In this document: positions 47,601-60,008 of the stretch, piece by piece | How the letters are laid out: every line of letters begins with the position of its first letter | Numbering within the stretch: position 1 is the first letter of the stretch | Source: Paraspadella gotoi | Taxonomy: Eukaryota; Animalia; Chaetognatha | NCBI GenBank assembly: GCA_051294375.1 | Contig: CM119267.1 | Span: 7,730,683-7,794,682, forward strand | DNA: 64,000 bases | Direction of reading: 5' to 3' | Translations under genes and position numbers: made by a program | The notes under the pieces: model-generated | Seen by the model: only the letters and a program-made list of their open reading frames with translations | Database searches by the model: none | What the model was told of the DNA's origin: nothing

Positions 47601-50600
47601 TTGTAAAATTTATTATAAATTTTTTTATATAAATGTTTATTAGTAAATGTTGTTCGTTCCTCACTTTTAGAATTTAAATTAAAGTTAAATTTAAAAATTT
47701 TACTACGCCTTAATAATCAAATCATTTGATATGATTACTCGTTTTAAAAGACCAAGAAACATACCATGATGGAAAAAAAAATTGTTGTGGTTTGGAAAAA
47801 TCGGTTAATTTCATTGTCAAATATATTTTTTAATTATTAAATCATTGATTTTTTTACTATTTAAAAAAAAAATCATTTGAGGTAATGATCTTTTTTTGCC
47901 TATAACTTTTAAACAATTTGAGCTATAAAAAAATACAACGAAGCTGCTAAAAATTTTTAAAACATTTTAACTTTTTTTAAATTAATTTTTTGAATAGATA
48001 TTCCTCCACTAAGAATGTGATATACTTTTTACCTAGATGGTAGTTATTCAGCAGAAAGCAATTTGTGTATCACATTGTAATAAACTCACATTGATTGTAC
48101 TTGAAGCAGTGACCCTTCAGCAACCTCGATTCTCCTGTCAGAAGATGTGTCGGCCTTAGAGCTGATACCGGCCCATCCCCTGATATAGCCTCTGTGCCTA
48201 GGCTTCGTTCCAGCATGATACGCCTTGAATTGCGATTAAAAATTGGTTGAAATGAAGAAAGCAAATAGTGAAAGTGATATTTTACCTGCAAATATCACGT
48301 AGAGTGTTTGCTATGGTCCGTGCGGGCCTTTCGCAACGAAAAACGTGGCACAAATATTTTCGTGTGATTCGGTCTCTGGCTACGTAAGCGAAATCCCTGT
48401 ATGGAAATCATAGTACATTAAATTTTTAGTTTTAGGCATAAAGCTGAAAACGAAGAAAGCAATGTAATGGAGACGACATAGAAAAAAAATCAGAAATTTG
48501 AGGTAGCTTTCAAAACAACCCCTAAAAGCTTGATAGGAAAAGCAGGAGACAAATTATGACATTCAGAAGTCAGAAAGCCAAAAACACTCCGTGACTTCGA
48601 CTCTAGAACAACTATAAATTTCTACTCTACCTCTCCTTGTCGTTGTCCCTCCCAACTCCCCACACTCGTATTGAGTGAATTGGAAGTTGATGAAGAAGCG
48701 AACCGTCCTGTGGATCGATCAGCTGCAGCATCGTCTGGTCCAATACCATCCAAAGGTCTTTGCCCTTAATATGTACATTATGAATGTAAATAAGGATACT
48801 CGATAAATGTCAAATTATCCATTCTTGCCTTATCCATTTTGTTTGAACAAAATATACAATAAGGTGTAGTGAAAGTTACATACGAAAAAATTCTTAAAGT
48901 TCAATTATGAACAACATACCATCAGTGAACATTAATTTGTAAAAAAAAATTAATTTATATTTTTTAATTTTCGCAGTCGGCTATATTTATATATAGTACT
49001 ATCCTTATAAAATCAACAAAATTCAAAATAGGCTTTTTTTAATTTTGATTGCAGATTGAATTCCTCGTCAAAAGTTGATAAAAGAAAACATAAAAATCAT
49101 TTTTAAAAATTCTTTCGTTAAGTGGGTTAAAAATTAAAAAAACTATATTTAATATATAAAAAGTTAATTTTCAGCTTAAAATATAGCTTTTTTTAATTTT
49201 TGACCCACTTAATGAAGGAATTTTTAAAAAAGATTCTATTTCTTTTTATCAACTTTTTATGACGAATCCAAATCTTGTAAAAAAATCTTAGAAAAAACTG
49301 TTTGAAATTTTAACATTTATTGGTTTAGTACTAGTATAAATATGGCCTACTGCGTAAATTGTAAAATTATTATAAATTTTTTTTATACATAAATGTTCAT
49401 AAGTATAATGTTGTCGTTCCTCATTTTAGAATTTTAATTTTAAAGTTAAACTTAGGAATTTTACTACGCCTTAATATACAATATTACTTTCATAGGTACT
49501 AACTATAAGAATTAGGTATCAAGTTTGCAAAGTTTAATTGCCAAGAGTTCGAGCGTCACGAATAAATCGCAACTTACGTCTCCCCATCGACCGACGACAT
49601 CGAGTAGGTGGTTACGCCCGTGAGCGAGTTCGACGATACACTTGTTAACAGCCTTGGAAGATCGTTGCGGAGTCAGATCCTCCTCATCTATGCGGACCCA
49701 ACCGAGGCTGCGGACGGCAAATCGGACGGCGTCATCGGGCAAACACTTCGCTAAACTGGAAGGTCAAGAATAAAAAGAGAAGAAAAAAAAAGAAGACCTT
49801 CAATGGTGTTCTAGAATTGTATTGATAATTAAGGACTATTTTGGTACGGACTTTTAAACATTAATTATTAAACAGTACGTTTTATTAGAGGCAATTACGT
49901 ATAAATAATTTTCTCAAGCTGTAAGCTTTCCAATCCCATTAATATTTGCTTGTTTTTCGTTATTCGTCATGCACATGGCATAATGGAGATACGATGTTTC
50001 GTTTTTTTAATTGACAGTTAATATTGAAATTTTTAGCTTTGTAAAGAGGGACAGCGATCATTGTACACAATTTAAAATAAAAATTACAATGAGGATCTAC
50101 ACAAATAATTTAAATTCATATTGACTGATAAAGAACAGTTTTTAAACGGGTTGTTTAGGATACCAAATTCAACTTACTTGACGGCATTCGTCTCCGTCAT
50201 ATCGCCGACGCCCCCAGATTCGACTTCCGAAGATTTTACAGGAGTGCATTGGTCGTCGTCGTCGTTGTCGTTTTCCTCCTCATCCTCGCTGGCGTCCTCC
50301 GAAGAAGAGTAAGAGGGTCGCCTCATCGCGAGTTTGTGATTCTTTTTACTGTGAATAAAGATTTTCGGAGTTCTGATTAAGTACTAACCTATTAATTCGC
50401 TAACAAGCAAACAGGAAGGTGAATTTTGAGAGGAATATAAATTTTTTTAAGTTCTCTGGTAAAAAACTATTTTAAAAAATCTTAAAAGTATAGTGATCTC
50501 GCCAGACGTTACCATAAAAGAAAATTAATAGAAAAAAAAATACAATGAATTATTGATGCGATAACTAATTATTGATGTGAAGATGACAAAATTTTTGATG

Positions 50601-53600
50601 CAATGATACAAAATTATTAATGTAAAGATAACAAAAAAATATTGATGTGATGATAAGGAATGATTGAGGGGAAAACATTTAAAAAAACACAATAAACCAA
50701 TAAAACGAAAAAAAATAAATTGAATAAAATAAATTTAATGAAATGAGTTGAATAAAATGATTTCAATAACATGAATCAAATGAAAAGAATTGAATGAAAA
50801 GAATTGAATGAAATGATTTGAGTGAAATGAATTGAATAAAATGAAATGATTGAAATGAATTGAAGAATTGAATGAATAAATGTAAGAAAGATAACGAAAT
50901 AAAAAATAAGAAAAAAAGAGGGAAAAAGAAAAATCAAAATAAAAAGCAGCTTTGCAATGTTAAAATAATAACATGCGCGACAGCGATGAATAACGTTACG
51001 AGTTCGATCCTGATAATTTTTTTTAAAAATAAAGCCACTCCTCATTTTTAAACGAATCGGAAGTAGCAGCATCTGAAAAAAAAAAGAGAGTGATATAATC
51101 TAAAAAAATAAACAAAAAATTGTTTAATTATAAAAGTATATATTTTTATTTGTATAAAAATTTTGATATAGCTTTTCATCATTAAGATCTTTGAAATTTT
51201 ATGTTTCATATGGATTTAAATATTTTTTGTATTAATTTCCTTCACATTATGACTTACGGTAATATGCAAATCAGAATATAATAAACTATATCCTAATTTG
51301 CATATTGTAGTAAGTACTATATTCTAATTTGCATATTGCAGTAAATCATAATTAGAAGGAAATTCAAACAAAAAATACTTAAATACATATGAAACATGAA
51401 CTTTTAAAGATCTTAAAGAGAAGAAGCTAAATATAAATTTTTAACTTACTATTATTGCCAACTTTTATAAAACTTTTATCATTATAATTCATAGTAGTTT
51501 TTATATAAAAAATAATCATAATCCGTAATAGCCACTATATAAACCGTATGCAGTAAAAGTATTTCTACCCGACTTCGCTATCCATGAATACATAGACAAA
51601 GATTTGCCGATTTATATTCATGACTCTATAATTAACTCGATAAATCGACTTGTCAGTCAGATATGTTGCATAATCGATGGGATTTCTGGAAGCTGTATTT
51701 CTGAACAAAATAGAGTTTTTCGTAACAAATGACAATAATCAGAAAAAGATTTTAAGTATCTGCTACCTAAAAATTATAATTCAAAAGGTTTACACTAGTC
51801 AAAAAACCTGAATAGGAACTTACAAAAAAGGTTTGAATTCTGAATCAAGATCAGAAATGGGTGTATCACATAAGGAGGCCCCCGCAGAATCTGAAGTGGT
51901 GGACTCGACAATTGCCCATTCGCTTATTGGCGTCACCGGTAAAACCGGATATTCCAACAGGGCTGGCGAATCCACGAAGGAAGATGAACTAGTTCGTTTC
52001 GAAAAAAAATTTTCAGGTTCATGGGCAATTGCATAGCAACTTGCAGAAAGTGAACAAATCTGGGTAAATCAACGGAACTGCGTTTAATTCATGTTAGAAT
52101 AAGAGTATAATAACGTTTTAGCGATAGTCACATCCACTACCTGATTGAACCATGGTTACCAGCGAAATAATTCTGAAAAAAAATTTTGACATTTGCATTT
52201 CAAATAAAGAAAAACTGATACTGATATAAGACATCCAACCTTATTCACCACAGAGGGTTTCAGCGACGTAGAAAGCTTCTTGCATTTGACCATGGTTTTT
52301 TCTCTACGACTAATGTTAAAGAAATTTTTCTTTTTGCCATTTTCAACAAAAGGTTTTTCCACTTTTTCGTGAGCTAAAGAGGACGGAGAGGGTGATGGAG
52401 GGGAAGTCAGCAACAACTCGGATTCCCGTCTGCAACCGCGTTTGTTCCCCGAGCCGCTCGCCAAATGCGGTCTTTTGCGGCGGAACTTGCTTTTGATTCT
52501 GGCGAAGAATGCTGGATTTTGGATAAACTCTTCCGACGACGAAGTTTGAGAGCTGCGAGTTACAGGTCAAAATGACTTTTGTATGAGCTTTAACAACGCA
52601 ATTTAATATATTTTTGACATCTAACAATTTTTATTAGAAATATATAATTATATATAAGTATATAATAATAGTCATATTCACCTGCTCAGTTCGTTATAGA
52701 AGGAATTCATTTTTAAATTTTGCAAAGATAAAAATAGTGGAAGAAACTAGAGCCGTTGGTGGACTATGTGCGAAAAATGGCTCAAAGATCGACATGGAAC
52801 GGATGACAACGGTAGAGGAAAGTTAATTGCCGGCACGCAATGCGGAGATTTAGGGAAACGAGACATTGAACGCAAAAGAAGGTGGATAAAACAACTACGC
52901 AAAAAATGGTAAGACAAATTTCAGGTTATAATTCTTCAGCTATGCCTATTTGGTGCATATTTTAAACAATAAATATGTAATTATGAATTAAGCTTTACTT
53001 AAAAAAACAGACGGATTGAATTCTTTTTCTTCTTACCATTCCTTTACCCCCCCCTTTTTTTTCTCTTCCTTTTGTTCGCGGTAGAGGAACAAAAAGTATC
53101 AAATTCAGAAGTCTAGGAAAAGGCATGCATGTCTCAGCGAGGAATTTAATGGAGAGAATTCGTTCTCATGTAACATTTATCTTAAACATTCCATTATCTA
53201 GCTATGTTATGATTTCTAGATGGACTAATATCATTCGTCACAACCTTGTCAGGAAAGACAACTGCTGAAGGCTTCATATTATAAAATGAGGTACCCCTTT
53301 TTTGTGACTAGAATCTGTTCCTACCGAACTACCTGATCGAATTTCATGAAATTTTACATTTAGAGTTCTAATGACAATATAAATGGAACTATCGAGGCGA
53401 ATTTTAATATTCAACCCAGGAAAAGAGATACAGTGCCCTGGGGGTGGACCTCTGGGGGGCCAAAAAAAAAAAAAATATTGAAATTCGCCTTGATAGTTCT
53501 ATTTGTATTCACATAGGCATCGTTCATACTAAATTTCAATGAATTTGGTCCAGTAGTTTTCTCGGAACGTGTTCTGGGCACAAAAAAGGGGTACCTCATT

Positions 53601-56600
53601 TTATAATATGAAGTCTTCTGTATAGTTAATGAGTCTAAATTTATCATCAGTTTATTACTCTTATTACCCATCAGCTAATTATACGACTGACGTTAAAAAA
53701 TCGCTCAAGCTTGTTTTTTAATATCAAAAACCCATTCGGCATTGGAAAATCCAATATTTAACTTTATTTTGTTGAAATAAAAATGCAAGCAAGACTATTA
53801 ATATTAATTCTGCTAGAGTTTCATCGTGATCGTGGAGAACAAACTTGTCAAAATCCAGTAAAACGTACGAGGTTAACTGGGTTAAAACTTTAGTGAATAA
53901 GACGTAATACTTACGGTTTCCTGACAGGGTCAGGCATGAATTCGAAAGTGTCTCTCTCGAATTCCGCCAAGTGATCTTTTTCCTCCGACGTCACTGTAAA
54001 CAAAAAGTCAACAATTAGTTTCAATCTAATTTAGTAAAATGACTTATTGCAAAAAATACAATTTTTTTCAAGAAAATCATTAACGCCCATTTACCAGGAG
54101 ATTCTTCCATGATCTTGTCGCAGTGTGAGTTTGGATATACGGAGGGCATAGTTTTGCTACCGGGGATGCCTGGACCGTTGTAGGAACGCATAGTGCAATG
54201 TGAGGAGGGTCGTACGGGAACAGTCCGCAGTTCACGCACTGGAGGCTGGTCGCAAGAGTCCGTCGACGCCACTGAAAAAAAAAAAAAAAAAAAACGGAGA
54301 TGACTCAATTGAGAAAAAGAAATCGGCCAAAATTTTTAAAGTATTTTTTAAAATTTAAAACAAGCGTTTTCAAAGCGCTCTTGCCTGTGGATAAAGAATG
54401 AATGCTATCCTGTCTGAATGCATTTACGGCAACGTAGTCGGAAATGCTGTTAGGCAGGTTCGAAGGGGAAGTCAGCGGCGAGAGCGGCACCTGAGACTGA
54501 GGTGAGACTGAGACTTTTGATTAAATTATCAAAATAATATTTTTCTCCTCGAGCAACAGGGACGGGCGCGTTTCTTACCATTTCATCGCCGCCGTCGGTA
54601 TCTTGACCGGAGGCGTCGGTTAACGACTGAAACGAAACGCCGCTGTGAATTCGCCTCATCGACACGCGCGGTGGCGCCTGAATCGAAAAAATTCCATTTT
54701 AAATGTTAAACTTGTGGTGACTATGGGTAAAAAAAAAACTATCAAAAATAGTATAGAAGACAAATTTAAAAAAAAATTATACGTAACCAGTAAAAGACAA
54801 AAAATTCTCACACTATTTACAAGCTTTTTTTAAAAAAAATTAACTTTTTTTTGGAAAAAAACTGAACTGCTATGTAAATATCCGATCAAAAACGCGCTCA
54901 CCAAACTGGGCGGAAAATCTCTTTGGATGGTGCCGCTTTTAATGTGCCAATAATAAGCTCCGTCTTCATCTTCATGCGCCTCCCATCCGACCGGAAGCCT
55001 GCGGCTCGTATTGATTATCGATGAGTGAATTGGTTTGCGACTGCGGAATGGATAACATCACTTTCACCTCTTCAGACTCAATAATTGGAATAGCTTTTAG
55101 CTATGGCATTCATGAATGCCAAAATGATAACAACCAATTTAGTTTTATCTTATAGTTTTTTTTGTTTTTTTTTAAGTAAATTTAAAGATTATGCAGCTTA
55201 GACGCCGTATTAAATGGCTAAACATCTTACGCGATTGAATTTCCGTTTTCTACATCAGGATCCTCGTCGATTTCGTCGTCATCGTCGTCGGCAAATTTAA
55301 TGTCGTCGAAATGGCCGCCTCTAGAACATTCGTCGCCATCGTCCTGTGAAAATAAAAGAATTGTGATACTTTTCAATAAAGTTTCGCTACTGTCAATAAT
55401 GCTACTTCAATTACCAATAGTTTAATCCCTTACCTGATCCGTCATCGATCGGGACAAGGAAGGAAGTTTCTGCAGTACGAACGTATCTTCGTACCGGTGG
55501 GGAGGTTGGCCCATCTCCTCGAAAAGACTGTCGAGACTCTCCCGCTTCGTGATCGGTTTCGCCTTCCCTCCCGACCTTCGACGACTGGCATTTCTTTTCA
55601 AGGTCCCCTCGTCGTCGACTTCGGCGTCAATCGCATCCTTTTCATCCTCGTCTTTATCTGATGAAAGTTGATTCAACTCAGAGTCGTCATGACCAGGAAA
55701 TGAGTTGCTGGTTGGCGAGGATGAATCCTGAATGATCAATTTACCGAATCTTTTCTCGTCGCAGGATTTGTTGAGGGTTTCGTTCGGGGTGAAAACCCTG
55801 GGAAATTCTTCACCAGACGTTACTCGGCCTGGGAAAAAGACAATTTCTTTATGCCGCCGAAACTGCTGTCACAACTAAAGAGTTCGGTTACCGAGCTTGC
55901 CACGGTCCAATTGTATACCACTGTCGCTCGAATCCGGAGAATTGATGTCGCCCAAGCTGCGAAAGCAAATTACACAATTGCTGTATTTAAATTTATTTAT
56001 ATTTAAAAAAAATTAAATAAAATTAAATAGTTAAAAAGCATCAATCATAAAAACGAGGCCAACCTGGAGGAAGAGCAGTAAGCGCTGACGGCCGCTAAAT
56101 AGGATTCCGACGATTTGGGTCGCTCGAGCATCGCGTTAAGTCCCTGGGCTCGAAACCCCTACAGTTGGCAATGAGGTAAAACAAAATATGAATTACTCAA
56201 TTTTGCTAAGTACAAAAAAAACGTGCCACTTTATAACTTTAAATTCCAGACTCTCTATAAAGACATTTTTAAAAATTATATAAAACAAATAAAATTTGTT
56301 AAAAAAGGAATCAATGTGTCTAAATGTTATTACAATCGGTCCAACGGTTTAAGCGATATGATTTTTTAAACTTGACTGTTCCAAAACCAAATGGAAAAAT
56401 CGATTTTTAGCCATCTACACAGATCTTTTTTAATTAAAAAAACTACAACATGAAAAAGCTCTCATTGTGGTTGTAAAAAAACTTTGACATTCAGATTGCT
56501 CAAACACATACTCCAATGTCTATATCTGTAAAAAAAACCAAAATTTTAAACATTTTATTTTTTTTATAAAAATATATTTTATAATAAAAAGATCTTATTC

Positions 56601-57180
56601 AAATATAAAAAATATATTTTTTTGAAATTTGATCATGCCATTGATGAGCACATAACTAAAAAAGTAAAACTGGATTACTGGGAATTAAAAAATAAAAAAA
56701 GGTTTTTTTATCAGGGTACAAAATCTGAAGTCGTTTTATCAGATAATTTAGTCATAATATTTAATCATTTCATTTAACTCCCATTTGAAATCCGTATAAA
56801 AGTTTCAAAATCTTGGACCCGTCTTTCATCATTATTTTAATAAAATGTATACCAAACTTATCTTTTAAAATTTTTTTTAAAAATTAAAGTTTATAAAGTG
56901 ATTTTTAAAGTCTAAAATAAAGTGGCGCGTTTTTTTTTTTGCACAGGACTGTATAAGTAGTATCTCTCGGATTCTCGGATAAAAAAAGAATTCCGCATAG
57001 AAAAAGTGAGAACCCAAAGACCGACAAATTCGTTCAGTTATACTACGTAATAGTATATACCAGTAGGTACCAGTGGTTAATAACTCAATATTTACATTGC
57101 AAAGGATACATCTTTCTCTATGTCTTTTGTACCTGATAACGGTTTCTCGCAGAGTACGCGTCGATTACGCTGGTCGACAT
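44658..57180 (-). CDS. APBB: FE65 / amyloid-beta precursor protein-binding family B (WW-PTB1-PTB2 adaptor)
   Basis: About 20 exons from MSTSVIDAY (57180) to ...FQNIFSSLKIRKGSFP* (44658). WW domain LPVGWEAHEDEDGAYYWHIKSGTIQR (~54998-54902). PTB1 FAVRSLGWV...IRVWGVGRD...DFAYVARDR...CHVFRCE (~49750-48286). PTB2 FPTPMEEPRK...YLG...GMDVL...CRVRYLSFMGIG...CHVFHCDP...ACKLRYQKCLDA (~45550-44836). Confidence 0.95.
46416..47841. repeat. Large AT-rich foldback (palindromic) element, interrupted by MITE copy 1
   Basis: 46416-46700 is the reverse complement of ~46950-47112 plus 47713-47841. The centre carries a partial tandem duplication (46680-46860 repeated at 46865-47050). Confidence 0.85.
47113..47712. 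mobile_element. Non-autonomous hAT-type MITE, copy 1 (600 bp)
   Basis: TIRs TAAGGCGTAGT...ACTACGCCTTA; 8-bp TSD ATAATCAA at 47105-47112 and 47713-47720; internally palindromic. Confidence 0.9.
48860..49473. mobile_element. Non-autonomous hAT-type MITE, copy 2 (614 bp)
   Basis: TIRs TAAGGTGTAGT...ACTACGCCTTA; 8-bp TSD ATATACAA at 48852-48859 and 49474-49481; closely similar to copy 1 along its length. Confidence 0.9.
51155..51441. repeat. Imperfect AT-rich palindrome (MITE-like)
   Basis: AGCTTTTC..TTAAGATCTTTGAAA..ATGTTTCATATG..TTTCCTTC is mirrored by GAAGGAAA..CATATGAAACATG..TTTAAAGATCTTAA..GAAGCT. Confidence 0.7.
51565..52710 (-). CDS. Orphan 237-aa four-exon ORF inside a FE65 intron (same-strand nested gene, or alternative terminal exons of FE65)
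   Basis: Exons 52710-52682, 52552-52240, 52059-51824, 51700-51565 have GT-AG sites and phases 2,0,2 (714 nt, open to TAG). Basic clusters (KSKFRRKR), Ser-rich; no recognisable domain. Confidence 0.6.
53267..53618. mobile_element. MITE with ~40-55-bp TIRs
   Basis: GAAGGCTTCATATTATAAAATGAGGTACCCCTTTTTTGTG ... CACAAAAAAGGGGTACCTCATTTTATAATATGAAGTCTTC. Confidence 0.8.
56209..56953. mobile_element. Tc1/mariner-type MITE relic
   Basis: Inverted ends CAAAAAAAACGTGCCACTTTA and TAAAGTGGCGCGTTTTTTTTTTTGCACAGGACTG-TA; the right end has the CTG|TA pattern. Confidence 0.55.
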
Positions 57181-57970
57181 GTTCGAGCTACGGTTAAGCC
57201 TAAAGGCGGACCAGTATTTCGTTAAGTTTTGCCATTTCGACGGTTAACGGGAAGGTAGAAGTAGCAACGGAAACGCTCTGTTAGATTAAGCTTGCAAATC
57301 GAGGAAAGATCCTCAAGAGTTGGTAAAAATAATCAATTTTTCTGTGTGGCAAGTCGCGCACACAAGACGTGCTCCCTCTTTTCTTCTTTTCTTTCTTATA
57401 TGGAGCGAGACGCCGACACGAAGAGGAGGACGAAGGCGAGAGAAGCCAAGCGCCACGAACCACCAATCAGGAATGAGCGAGCGACAAGGGAAGCGATAGA
57501 CTTCAAACGCACGATGCAAGAACGTAGAAGATTGTACAACCATGTCCATAGTATGAATTGAGTTCTTTGACAAAACCTAGCTGATTTGAAGCATTAAAAA
57601 CAGATATACAAACAGTCAAACTGTCTTTGTAAGATTAAATATCAAATTGTATCGAGAATTCGAGATTCTTAAAGTAAATTCAGAAAGTATTCACTCATTA
57701 AAGTTTCTATGGAAAACTTAAGGTAAATTTTTTTTACTTCTAAATTTGGTCATATAGGTATAAGTAAAACTTAAAATAGTTTTGATCGAAGAATCCAGCG
57801 CAGTTTTAATATAAAAAAATAATTAAAAATCACTTATATTAATTAACTTTAATTATACCATTCCGTATTGTTGAAAAAAAAAAATTTTTTTACTAATAAA
57901 AGCTGCTTTCAAACTAAGAAGTTTGCACATAATCTCTTTCTAATGACCTACCGTACGCACAAAGCATTAT

Positions 57971-58731
57971 ATGAAATTGGTACAACCAATATAAAAATTA
58001 TCCATTCATTTAATAAATAAGCTATCTTGCCCCTGACTTTGGACAGGCTTTGGTGGTTTAAGGCCTCCATCACTCTTACAAGATAATGACATAGCAGGTC
58101 CCTGCAAGCTTTCAATCAAGACTCTTTCACAGTCTCGTTTATTCACTCCCAGAGTACCTGGCTTCCCTATCAATGAAGTGGAAAATATTTCAAAGAATGT
58201 TTCAATTGTATGAAAAGACCACTCCCTTATAATAATAATAATATAATATTATATAATATTATATAAATATAGCCTACTACTTAAAATTTTCATAACTTTC
58301 ACTACGCTCTACTAAGCAGCCATTGACCGGCATTGACCCTGATCAACACATGAACGAAAAACATTAAGTTATTTTCCTTGGTGTGTTTAATATCAAATTA
58401 TTAAAATTAATTACCAAATATGATGAAAAGTTTAAAAAATTGAAAACGATGTTTATATGAAAGTCATTTTATCTATCAGAGCATATGAAATAAATCAGCT
58501 TTAGTAAATTTTGACAGGCAATGGTGGGTTAAGGCTTCAATGCCTCTTACAAGATAATAACATAGAATAAACGAGACAGAGAGAGAGTCTTGATTGAAAA
58601 CTTGCAGGGACTTGCAATGTAAAGGTGATTGAGGACTGAAACCACCAAAGCCTGTCCGTGTCCTAAGTCAGAGGCAAGATAGCTTATTTATTAAATCGAT
58701 GGAAATTTTTTTATTGGTTGTACTAATTTCA
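57971..58731. mobile_element. Repeat family A: longest copy (+, 57971-58210) with an inverted partial copy ending at 58731
   Basis: ATGAAATTGGTACAACCAATATAAAAATTATCCATTCATTTAATAAATAAGCTATCTTGCCCCTGACTTTGGACAGGC...; inverted end ...TTGGTTGTACTAATTTCA. Confidence 0.75.
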
Positions 58732-60008
58732 AAGGACGATGCAAGTTTTCAATCGGGATTCTCATAGTTCATCGGTCTGGAAACTCAACTGATGCGTAAA
58801 TTGATTTGATCGTGTCTTTTAATAACTACATTCACCCATTGTTGTTTGGTCGAGCTCATCAACTTAAGGGTAAAAAGTCGAGACTGACTGATTCATAAAT
58901 CACCTTACTTTAAGAACTCTTTTCAAATTGGTAAATTGAACTATATTTATTCAAAAACTTTTCTAACAATGACGCCTTCATCAAAAAGTTAAAGCATCAA
59001 AGTATTAAATCGTAAATATACTTTTTCAACTTCAATAATAATAGTAATAATAATAATAAAACTTAAAATTTCATCAATACACATTACATAAAAGAAATAG
59101 CAGCAGCCGGCTGGACATTAATTCGAAACGAAATTATGACATTTATTGACCATATATAAATATTCTCAACTAAAAGTACTAGTACTAAATAATAAACGTG
59201 AATTTTTAACTTGATTACGAACCACATCAAAACTATCAATGATTTTTCACGCATTTTTTAAAATAGCCTAAATAAGAAGGAGAAACTGGTAAATCGCGAG
59301 AAAAAATCGAATTAGTCAGCCGGGAATGCACGAAAACTAGAAAATAACCTTTAATTCCGTTTTTTAAAAAAGTGATGCAATGAACAACAAAATCCCAGTA
59401 AAGCAGAGAGAGAGAAAGAGTTACTAGACTCGGACAAGATACAATTTTTTGGCAGAGAGAGCCGCGAGTCTCAAATTCGAAAAAAAAGTTTTTAAAAAAA
59501 TGCAAGCAGGGCCCTCGTATCTTTTGGAAATGCCGAGTCTCGTTTCTCATAAGGGGAAGCGGGGAATCTAAAAAAATGGTAGTAAGGGGGGAAAAACAAC
59601 AATGGCGGGTATTAACTATTTTTAGATAAACGCCTGATCCAGGAAGCGGAACAAGTATGTACAGTACAAAATAGAAGCTTTTTGTAATTAACTCTTTTTG
59701 TTGAAATCACACGAGAGATAAAGAAATGGGCAAAAGGGAGAATTGGGAACGCTGTGAAATGACTAGCCTCTACCGTTTTGTCCACAATACGCAAAAAAAA
59801 ACAAAAAAAACTTGTGTATCTGAAAAAACGTTTGTATCACGCAAGGAAAGAATCGGCGTTTCATAGCGATTTGAAGAGACGAGGAAAAGGCAGTGGAGGG
59901 GAAGATGCGGGGGGCGGCGAGGAAAAACCGCTGACAAGTGGTAATCATAGTAGTTTTTTTTATCCACTCCCCCCTTCTTCCGACACAATTCCTTAAAATT
60001 CTTCCTCG

